Positions 40,801 to 52,800 of a DNA stretch of 64,000 nucleotides are shown here, piece after piece; position 1 is the stretch's first letter, and every line of letters begins with the position of its first letter. Under the pieces are notes generated by a model that was not told where the DNA came from, did not search any database, and worked only from the letters and a program-made list of their open reading frames with translations. Location: positions 62,001 through 126,000 of the forward strand of contig CDROCS010003291.1 of assembly GCA_977020255.1 (NCBI GenBank). Reading direction: 5' to 3'. The translations under genes and the position numbers were made by a program. This stretch comes from Obrimoposthia wandeli. Lineage: Eukaryota.

Positions 40801-43800
40801 ATTATGACCAATGTCCCTTCTGTTCAGAGAAGCTTACTTAAGAACTTTGGAAAAATAACGTAAAACAAATCTGAATGAATCTGCAAATAATAACTGAGGA
40901 ATAAATGTCTAAGTCTACAATGTATACATAGCAAATATGCTTTTAAAACCGTGAATTAAGTATTATATTAATATTAACTTATGTGTTGTTTATAGACGAC
41001 GAAGAAATCGGCAAGTTCATTGAATGATTAAATTAGAACATGTATAATATCTCCGGGCTTTTATGCTTTTCTTGTTGTATCCAAATGGACTTAAACAAAG
41101 GCACACGAATAGCACCAAGAATTATAGGTTCTATTAAACTCGTGTATGTGTAAATTTCATTGCATGTGTTAGAATTGGAATTGTATAATTATTAAAATAG
41201 AATTAATTATAAATAGAGGAAATAAAACTTTGAAATAAGGTTAAAAAGGAATGAATAAATTAATAATTTTTTAAAATTAAAACAAAATGGAAATTGATAA
41301 GATCGGAATAAGTTAAGGACCTTGAGAGGTCGTGTGTTGTGTAAGTATATAAGATAATTTATATTATTAAGAAGGCCCTAAAAATATATATAATTTGAAG
41401 AAGTATTCGCAACTGGTAAAACTCAATTAAGGATAGCAAAAGTGATTTAATTTCTTGAGAACGAGACAGCAGTCTACCGACTAGAAAACTGAAGGTATAA
41501 TTAATTGAAAAATTCCATTTACTAATTACTTACCAGAACGGCGAGCGAAATTTATTCATTCTCAGGAATTTTGCATCAATCGAAAACAAGTTATAACAGC
41601 ATACATAACATGAGAGTATAAAAAGAGAAAACAAAAAGCTCAAAAAGGAAAAAAAAAAGAAGAAAGTCTTACAATCGTTAGATGAACAACCCAGGCCAAA
41701 ATTAGAAGATCGACCAGTGTTTGAATTGACCGAGGTAAGGCACGAAAACGACGTTAGAGAATTTAAGATAATTACTGATTATCCAGGAAGATTGACCAGA
41801 TCGAACAAGCGAGGACCACCAGATATTGGAGGAAATCGCTGGACAGAGATAGATCCAACTAAGCGGATCTTTTGAGGACGGAAGCTTGTGACAGCCGGAC
41901 TACGAGAATCGATCGGACGGAAGCGAGTATCAATAACCGCAGATAAATCTAGGTAAGTAAATTAGAAACATTGAAAAAGAAAGTTATATACTTTGTCAGC
42001 TTAAAGTAAAAGAAAGTTACATACTTTGTTAGTTTAAAGTAAAAGAAAGTTATATCCTTTATTAGTTTAAAGTAAAAGAAAGCTACATACTTTATTAGTT
42101 TAAAGTAAAGAAAGTAAACATATTTTATCAATTGAAATTAGCAAACATTGGAAAAGAAAGTAAATTTATCTTAAATCATTTGGGGTTTGACGAGTCAAAG
42201 TTAAATAGGAAACTAACAACTAGACAAGAGCGTAAAACTCGATCTCTAACCTACTAGACAGAAAATTAAAATCGATACGTTAAGGACATCCTGATTTATG
42301 TGAAATTGATTAAGTGTCATAGGATTAGTTGTCTGTAATTTTTAGCAACATAGTTTAGTGTGAAATAAAGAATAAACGTTTTCTACAAACAAGTAGCGTT
42401 ACCTTGAATTAACCCACCACGAATCAGGACGATATCAACTCCATTGTACGCCACACTACAATAAGGACACCTTGTAATACCTTGTGCACACAACTATGTA
42501 CACAATCCACCATACACTAGCACAAAAAACCTTCAGACTTGAAACTAAATTAAGTAGGATAAAACCTAATTAGGCCACATACATCTGTAAGCCCTATTGT
42601 TACAGAACTCACATTGGGGGCCTCCATACAAGGATCTAGTTTCAAATAGAAACCCCAACACATGCATTTGACAATGTTGGAGTATTAGATGCCTTAAACA
42701 CTTGTTTTTTTTATTTTCAAAATCATCTTTTGCAAACCCGATAATTGTGGCTAGTGATTTATCTAAGATAACTTTAACAATATTTTGTTTCAATTTGAAT
42801 TGAATCAATTTATTAACTAGTTTAAAATTTTCAAATACATTTGGTAACATTGTTTTAAAAGTTTTTCAGATGCTTTCACTATCTGGAAAAAGAAAATCAT
42901 TGGGTATTGAATATATTTTCCGCTCACTTTTAAAGAATCTGTTTTCTATCTTGAATGTAATTATTAGATACTTAATTTGTTTATCCATAATTCCTGAAAC
43001 CACATATTTTCCTTTATTAGGTTCAGTCGGAAATCCACATTGTTCTGCAATAATCTAATCATTAAAAACTATTTCAAAATTATCCCCTTGTCCTGCAATT
43101 TGAATTCGATTCTCTTTATTTAAAAAGATTGTGAAATTATTCCCTGGCTTAATACGCGCCAAATCTAATTATCCCATATAAAATTGTAAAGTTACAGCAG
43201 CTACTTTATCAACTTCTTGTTGAGTAATATATTCAATTTTAGTTCCACTTTGAATTGATAGATGATAGTTATTGAAAGCAAATTCAGTTAATTTAGCTTC
43301 CCAATTTCCAGGAAGAAGTATTGGATTTTCTAAATAAAATATAAATTTGCTAGCATCATTATCAGGTCTTGTTTTTGGACAGATATTGCTAGGTAATACC
43401 ATATAAAAATCCTTCCTTCTATTTGCGTTGCTAAAATTCAACTAGGTTTAGAATATCCATGCCATTTTACTAAATATTGTTTATTCATTCAACGACCTTT
43501 AGTTTCTAAAATTTTTGTATTCTATACATTTCAGGTTTATCAACCACTTGTAATTCTTGATGATAAAATTTACCTTGTAAAACCTCTTCATTTTTATCTT
43601 TCAAAATACACATTATCGGATTTTGACTATTGCTGATATCATGAATTTGAAAAACTTACTATTTTTTTTAATATTCTCACATAATCACTAATCTTATACT
43701 TTGGTTTACTCTTTTTTTTCCTTTTTATTTCTACTCATCCAAATTTCCTTTGCATTTTTATTTGAAACTTCAAAGGTCTTTTGCCATCTAAACTAGAATA

Positions 43801-46800
43801 TTCAGAATGGTTGTTTGCAGTAATAATTTTTGGTAAAACATCAATCAATTTTTATTACCTTGTATTGTAAAGTAATTTTTTATTCTTTCTCTTAAAGTTC
43901 GGGTAAATCTTTCAAATAAAGCTGCCTTGCATTGAGAATATACAGAATAGTGATTAATATTGTTTGATTTAAATAAAGATTTAACATGTTTGTCGTAAAA
44001 TTCTTTACCTTCATCAGTTTGTATATTTTCCGGTAATACATCAAGCATGTTATTTATTGCTTTACTCATTTCAATGCCTGTTTTATTTTTTACACCTTCT
44101 GCTCTTGAAAATCTACTAAAAACATATATGCAAGTTAAAATATACTTACAATTATTATTTGTTGATGAATATGGAATCATTTCCATCAAATCCAATTGCT
44201 ATAATGCATTATGGCCGTTTGTTTTATATGATTTTGTTGAAAATATCTTTTTCATCGGTTAGTTTAAGCTGTAAGCTAATTGATTTTTCAACCATTTCTG
44301 AGTCTCTTGTTTGCTGATTTTTATTTTCTTTGCTAATTTTGATACACCAGCATAACCAGTCGAATGTTTTGGGTCGAACCATATCAACAGCATCTTTTCC
44401 ATTACAACACGTTGAATTAAACAACAAAAAAGCTTTTTGTTGAGAACAACGAAGAAATAAAGTATACAATGCTACAATATACTTTGAATTGTTTTATTTT
44501 GTTTATATTGATTGATATTAAAATAATGAACTTCTCTTTCCAATTATGCTAGAATTGGGGCTATAATTGATAAAATACCACCAGATTGCTGAATAAATAT
44601 TTTACGTTTACCTAAATTAGATTTGGTATTTATTAAACGAGAAAACTGTCGTTCATACTTTTACAAAGACTTTGCTTTATCGCCATCATTAAGTTCACCA
44701 AATATTATTTTTATCAATACTCTAACCATATCATCAAATACAAAGGTTGGAAAAGATTTTAAAATTCAGATTCTACGATTGTTAGGCGACTTTAACAATA
44801 CATTAATATGTGGATTTGATTTTCTTTGAAACAAAACATTGGAAATAAATCTATTAACTTCTCTTCTTTCATGTGGAACAACAACCATTTTAAAAGCCAT
44901 TTTTGATTTACCTTTTTGAAACATTTGTTTATAAACAGTATAACCAATTGAGTTAAATAAATCTATAGATAAAATCATCATTACATTCTTGTGTAAAATC
45001 AATGAATAAATAACCATGTGTTTTCTTTCTAGCAACAAAATCAATAATGGTTTGATCACGTGGATTTTTAAATAATACCAAATATTGTACATTGATATTA
45101 CGTGTTCTATGAGCTCCTCCTCGATAAAATAAATTTAGTATGATAAATTTAACAGTGACTTTCCCACGACGAGCAATTTTAGTAAAAAGACTGTTAAAAT
45201 CTGCTTATTTATTAGCTTCCTGATACAAATCATCAACCACAATTACATAACCCTTTTTCAATCTGCTTGACCAATTCTGATCAAAACCATCAATTACTTT
45301 AATATTTTTTAATTTACAAAATGTTTGTTGAGTCAAACCTGCTTCTCCACTACCTCCTTGGTGCCAATAAATCCTTTTAAAAGATTGTTTAAATAATTTA
45401 CTTTTTAACAAATTACAAACAAAGAGTGTTTTTCCACTACCAGAAGGTCCTACCATCTGGTAAACTGCACTATTTTTTCAAAAGTATAATAATCTATTTA
45501 TGAAAAATATATTGTTTATGCTTCTTTCATATTTAACAATATATTAAATAATTTTGTTTTTTCTTCTTGTATAATATTTTAAAGTAAAACAAGAATATCA
45601 GTAAGTTAAAGAAAAATATAAGAAAAAGTCATAAAAATATATTAAAAAAACATTGGTGAGCAGACATTAATTTCCAGATTGTGCTGATTTGGGCTTCTTC
45701 ATTCTATTTGAATCCTTGTATTGATAATTCAACCAATCATTCTTGACCATCTTTAAAGTCTACTTTCTTTCCAAAACAGTTGAAAAAGTCTTCGCATTTT
45801 TTAAACTAGAGGGGTTTCTCCACTGTATACTTTGTAATCATTTTTTTAAAACATTTAGTTCAAATCATCTACATCTGATATTGCAATATCAGAAAGCTTG
45901 TAATTGAATTTGGCCACACTTATAGATACTGGTAGTGAATAGGTAAATATCCAACTGTTTTTTAATGTATTCATTCTATAATTAAAACATTCAAATGACT
46001 TTTTGTATTACATTTTGAGAAATGAAATGAATTTCTTTATATTAGGTTTATATATATTTAACTTCAACCAATCATATACATTCTTCAATATATATTATTT
46101 TAGATTTTAATTGATTTTAATTGAAGTTTGTCATTTAATGATTTAATACCTAAAATGATAGTCTTTCCAGTAGAGAAAAGATTTACACATAATGGGTTAA
46201 ACTTAATTAATTGAAGAGCAGGAAATAATTCTGGTTTGTACATACATGCTACTTTACGTGATAGCTTATGTAAATTTATTGATTTTCTAAGATTTATAGC
46301 TATTGTGATATATTGAATTTTATCAATAATAATCTTCAATGGTGTTGTTATAAATAACAATGGTGTCTTGCACCCCATAATTCTGCATCTACCAGTCTTG
46401 AATATCATAATAGTATAATCTGTAGTTTTGATTATATAATGTTTAGGTTTCCATGTGAAACATCTTGGAAAACAGTTCCTTTATAATTGATGTTGGTAAT
46501 CATTATTAACAGAAATAGATTGTAATCATAATCTTGTATCTATATATTCAGATAACTAAATCAATGAAACTTCCATTTATTGGCTCTATCTCCATGGTTA
46601 ATGATATACTGGTTCCATCAACAACGAAACAACAGTCTACGCCATCACAGTTAACATTACAACATCGATCAGAACAGTCGGGTTCTTTTGTTTTATGTAA
46701 ACTATACCTATTTTACCGTTTAAATGTAACTCATAATAATTGTCATATTATCATGAAACTATATTATAGGCTTAGACATAATGGCACTAATTACTATGTA

Positions 46801-49800
46801 TGTCCTCATTGTAATATATTTACAATTGTTAATTATGAAAATTTTTATAAGCTACATAAGAATCATTTATGTGATTTTAAAAGAAAAAAGTGTTCATATG
46901 CTCCGATTGGTAAGCCATCACTTAAGCGTAAAAATATATATCCAGCACTAATATGCCTACTAAATACGTATGTCAGGTTGGTTTTGGAGTAAGGATTGAT
47001 TTACATAATAGTCATATCATAATCACACATGATTTTATTGATAATGATGTGACTAAATTTTTTGTTCCTGATAGTATTAAACAGGAAATTGAGAATGTTG
47101 TTGATAGGATGGGTAAAGCTAAATTACAATATGGAGCGATTGTTTTATTTTAAAAGGATAATGGCGAAATGGAACAATGGTATTTTTCGTATAAAACTAT
47201 TGAGTATAATAATGATAGTTTGACTGACATATCTCAAACGTTAGACGAGAAAATTTCCATCTATAGTGAATTGAGTAGTGGATGACGAGTGTTGCGTATA
47301 TTGCTAATAACATTTACTTTAACAAAATATTGAGTGATAGTAGTTATATATATATATTCCTCTTGCACTATCTCGCACAAAATCAGTTGTAAACGTACGA
47401 AACTATGATTCATTCGGGTTTTTCTTTGCAATTCTCACATAACGTAATGAAATAATTGAGCGTTGTTATCGTGTTTCACATTATATTCCATATTTGAAAA
47501 TCTTCACGTATGATCCTAGTCAAATGCCAATGAATCTAATGGGATTTTGCCTACATTCGAAAAGCAAAAATACTTTCGATAAATGTTTTTAGTTATAATA
47601 TTGATGATGATTTTCAATGTAACAATGAAGATATTTTTAAACATCCTTTTGTTTATATTATATTTAAAAATGGTAATCAATTTGATGAAACTATTAATTT
47701 GCTACTGATAGAAAATGATAGCACATTTCCTTACTTATGAGTGATAAACTTAGATCATTCATTAAATATTGATTGTGATAACATTCCAATACGAATTCAG
47801 AGTAAGTGGTGTTCTTAATGCTTGCATGGTTTTATGAAGCAGAGTGCATATGATAAACATATTTAATTATATGCATTATATTTATTATCCGGATTTGTCA
47901 AAAACTATTGCTGTACAGTTTTTAGTATATGCAGATTTTGAATCATTGTTAGCACCGCATCATTTACATAAGCAGATTCATTTACCACCTGTTTAAAACA
48001 CCAACAATTAATAATTATTATCAGTTTGTAAGTAAAACATATATCCAGGATTTTCTGCAAAAATTACAAGATTTGTTAGAGGATAACGTTAAACGTTGGT
48101 TTGATGCTAATGCTCGTAGAAATATGCAAATAGTTAATGCTAATTGGCGTGCATATAATACATAAAAAACGTGTTATTTATGTAAAAAGGTGAATGAAAA
48201 ACTTATTCGTGATCATGATCTACATATAGCACATGTAATCTTTATCGTAGAGTGAGCAAAATTCCAACTTTACCAGTATTATTCCATATGTGCATGCCAG
48301 TATTATTCTATATTCCAGTACATGCCACATCTAAATTTAAATCATGGAATATATCATGTGTGCCATTATCGACAGAGAAGTTCATGGCTCTTATTGTAAG
48401 AACAAAATTCGGCATTTTACGATTTATTGATTCATATCAATTTATGAGTGATAGCTTGGCTCTTTTAGTTAAGATGATGCCTGATCTACTTTTATAGAGC
48501 CAAGAATTTCCAACTAGTCAATTGAAATCAAAAGGAATATTTCCATATAACTATCCTACCTCAGAAAACATTTTGAATGGTATTCTACCCCTGTGACTGA
48601 TTTAGACATGGAAATGTTTGATACATTAAATTGTAAAACTTTGTGTGATTATATGTTAGTTTATTTAAAATTAGATTTATGTTTGCTTGCAGATGTTTTT
48701 GAAGCATTTAGACAAAAAGAATTAGAAGAAGACGGTTTAGATCCTGTTCATTTCTTTTCTGCTCCTGGCTTATCATGGGCTAGTGCTTTGAAAACATTAG
48801 ATTATGATGTAAAATTGCTGAAAGATCCTGAAATGTATATATTTTTTAAGAGTGGTATTCGTTTGTAAATAAGCATCATGTATAGTCTTCTGAAACTGTA
48901 GATTTATTGTACATAGATGTAAATAACTTATATGGTTGGGCTCTTTCGCAACAACTACCACATAGTAGCTTTAAATGGATTGATGATGAATATTATCTTA
49001 TGTGCTTGCTGTTTGAGATTGATGAGGATGATGATGAATATGATTATGTATTGGAAGTAGATATGGATATAACTGCAGATATTCATGATAAATTGGATGA
49101 TTTAACTATAGCTTCAATTAAACAGTGTCCATCAAATAGTAAAGTAGAAAAGTTACTCCTTACTCATGAACCAAAGAAGAATTATATTATTCATTTACGT
49201 ATCCTTCATTTTTATGCTTATCTTGGAGTAAATGTTGTTGTGTACATCGAGCTATTCAGTTTAAACAAGCTAGTGTTTTTAAGAAGTATATAGACTACAA
49301 TACGGAAAAATGATCAGAGGCTGTTAAATCAAAAAATTCTTTTTAAAATAATTTTTATAAACTTAAAAACTGTAGTTTGTTTGCAAAAACAATAGAAAAT
49401 TTGAGGAAGCGGTTAAATGTAAGAATTTGTAACAACTCAAAGAAATTAGCATGTTTAAGTTCTAAACCTATATTCAAGAGATCTCGTGTTGTAGTTGATG
49501 ATTTGGTTGTTGTTTTAATGAATAAATAAATGGTTTATCTTGATAGACCAATCTATATAGGACAGGCAATTCTTGATTTATCTAAATTGCGTATGTATCA
49601 GTTGAAATATGAAGAACTGAAGAGATATCAAAGAATGTTTAATTGCAGTATTAAAATAGTAGCTGATGATACTGACTCATTTTTTCCAGAATGTGTTCGT
49701 GTTAACTTAGATAATCAATTGCTACCTAAAATGATCTCTGATGATTTGTTGGATACATCAAATTATCCAGATTGCCATCCTTTATATATATATTTTTTAA

Positions 49801-52800
49801 AATAGCATGGTAGGTTAATTTAAGGATTAAAGCGAAGGTTGTAAATATAAAGAAGGAGTGTTTTTGAGACCTAAATTATACTGATTGAAATTTAATGATG
49901 ATACAGAAAATCATAAAGCGAATTGAATATCGAAAAATACTAAAATTCCTCATTCTGCCTATGTAAATACGTTTAATAGTGGTGAAATATTTAAATTAAA
50001 ACAAGAAAACTTTAAAAGCATAAATAATCAGATTTTCACTATTGTAAATAACAAAGTAGTCTTAGGTTCAAGTGATGATAAGCGGAAGTGGATAAGCTTT
50101 AACGAATCAAAGACATATGGTCACTATTCTCTCTTATGATTACAATATGTTTTTTGTTGTTTTATTGTATATATATTTATGGAATTTTTAATGTGATTTA
50201 TCTATCTCTTTTTTATTGTAATATATTAGAGAAAACTTTTGATTTTAATAATGCAGTTTTAATAATTGAATTATATGTAAAATTAAAATTAATTAAAAAA
50301 TAAAAAAATAAAAAAAATTACCAGTTCAAATTTTATAAATTCATTGACAAAGTTTTTAAATGAGGATTCCTTGCTACTCTCCATGAATATTTTCTGCTTT
50401 GTGGATTTATGACTATATTTGTCATCTAACTCCCGTATAAGGCCATTATATCATATATGTCAGTTGTCTTCTTCAATATCTGATGCATTTTTACTGCGAT
50501 GATCCAAATAAAGGCATTCTTCAATCCTTTTGTATTCTTCAACCATTTCTTCTAAATCTCTGAAGTTATATTTAGATATTTTATCAATAATGTTTTCTTC
50601 GAGAGGACCATGTTTATGTTCGAATATCGATAGCCCGTAAGCTTCAGTTATGTTGAATTCAGTATAAAGTTGCTTGAAAACTGATATTTGAAACTTATTC
50701 ATAGGCATAATTTCTTTTTTCATCATCTGAAATTTCAATTGTTTTCATACTGGAGATTTGTGTACCATATGTGATTTCCTGTGCATCTTCATCCTGACAA
50801 ACGGTATCATACATTCGACATATTTCTTCATATGTAGGTTCCTATTCTTCTTGATCTCCAAAAAGACTAATGTTCTTCTTGTAAAGTTCTTTTTTTACCT
50901 TTAAAAAGCTTCAAATTCTTCTTATCGAGGAGTTGTTGTGCCATTGTGATTATGAAAATGTTTAAAATTGATAATGTTTAAATAGTTGAATAGTTATATT
51001 ATGTAATAATGATTCAGTAAAGAGATTAGTAAACTTAGAGCTGTTTGTCATACTGATATCTACTCATCGGGCGATGATATGTGATGCATAAAATGATGTT
51101 ATCATACGTATGACATCGTATTGTTAATATATCAATATCATTGATATATGTGAGAGTGATTGACGTGTGAGTCATCGGAAGGTGGGGGTGGGAGTAGTGA
51201 CCTAGAACCCTCACATCTATCTACTAATGTATTTATAAATAAAATGTAAGTCATTAAAATATTTAAAGTCACAAAAATTAACATTATTAACTTAATCGTT
51301 TATTTATTAGAAAAAAAATTAATTAAAAAATAATACATTGTTTTACTGTCCCAAAATTAAATAACCACCAATTTAAAATCGAGGAAATTTTAACTATTTT
51401 ATATAATTTATAGTTTTTTCGTAATTTCTGTATAAATATACATTAAATTGCCCAAAAACAATATATATTTGTAGAAGAAAAAGAGGTAATTCTTGATTCA
51501 GATACAGATGGAAAAGGTGCACGAGAAATAGGAAGAAATATCGGTAGATCGCACAATACTATTTCAATTTTTTCAAAGCACCATTCCAATATGGTAAAAA
51601 AAATTAAAACCAGGCAGAAAGTAGAAATTATCATAAAGTCCAAAAAGAACTCTTATTCATGACGTAGGAGTTCAAAAGTGATATTTGTGTCAAGCTGCCA
51701 ATGCACATTTTGACGATATTAGTAAATCAACTGTTCAACGTATAATGAAGAAGTCGTACTATACAACAGTAAAATTAATGAAGCGACTAAGTCTTTCTAA
51801 AGTGCAAAAATATATATTAATAGTGACAAATATCAAAATATGTTGGCTAATCATTTAATTCCCGTTTTTATCAATCAAATTCAGTGGTTTCAACAAAATA
51901 ACGCAACCCCACACGTCAGTAAATCAACTAAGCAATGGTTAATATCTCAAAATGTAAATGATTGGCCTGCGAATTCCCCAGATTTGAATCTTTATAGAAA
52001 ACATTTGGGAGATATTAATTCGATGTATCTATTTTTTTTAATAATTTAAACACTTTGGAAAATGATATTTTAAAGAACTGGAACGAATTGGATTCTGAAC
52101 TGTTTAATAAATTATATAAATCTTTGTCTTTTTAAAATTATTAAATGTGAAACTAACACTGTTTAATAAATATACGTATTTGATGTAATGCTGTATTTTT
52201 TTTGATACATTTAGTAACTTTTTTAATGAGTAGTTCTAAAATTTTGGGACAGGAAATTTTGTTTTTCTCTCATATTGTATTTTTTAAGAAATTTTTAAAG
52301 ATTAATGGGTTTGAAAAATTACTTAACTTTATTATTAAATAATATTTCCATAATATTTTTGTTAAAAAAGTAATTCTCGATATAAAACATATAAGTATAA
52401 TTGTGGTTTCAAAATTTTGGGACACAGTGTATGTATCAATAAGCTATTAATCTCAAATATGAAAATATTACAAATACTAACCTTGGCTCTTGCGAGATTG
52501 ATGGTGAGAGGAGCCACTGCCATATCAGCGTTACCGCTGAGAAGCTCACCAATCATACCATTCCAGATCTCAGATCCGTTGGCGTAGGTGCTGATCTTTG
52601 CACCGAAATTGTTATCGCGTACCAGATGGATTTCGTACTTGAAGCCGAGGATCTCTGCTGTGAAGTTCAGTAGATCCACACAGAATCCCTGACCAGATGA
52701 AATTTTATTAATACTGACAAATTATCTTTTTAGAAATTAATAGTCTTTATATTAGGTTGTACAATAAAAATGTTCGTTCTTAACAAAATCTAACATAAAT

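Larger units (their letters stand above)
41167..42660 (+). mobile_element. Solo LTR (1494 bp), Gypsy-type
   Basis: Starts TGTTAG and ends CCCCAACA, flanked by the exact 4-bp TSD CATG (41163-41166 and 42661-42664). TATA box at 41346 and AATAAA near 42364-42376. Confidence 0.9.
40960..51225. mobile_element. Polinton/Maverick (adintovirus-like) endogenous virus, pseudogenised and truncated on the left, inside the iGluR intron
   Basis: Cluster of pPolB, A32-type packaging ATPase, rve integrase with chromodomain and minor capsid gene. The right end reads AGTAGATAGATG... on the minus strand, like Polinton AG termini. The left boundary is approximate. Confidence 0.9.

Noticed and set aside
41949-42131. 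60-aa repetitive ORF (FYFKLTKY)
   Set aside because: Translation of the 33-bp array.
46100-46503. Host TBP/TRF gene
   Set aside because: Too divergent and short for cellular TBP, intronless, AT-rich like its viral neighbours, and embedded among Polinton genes.
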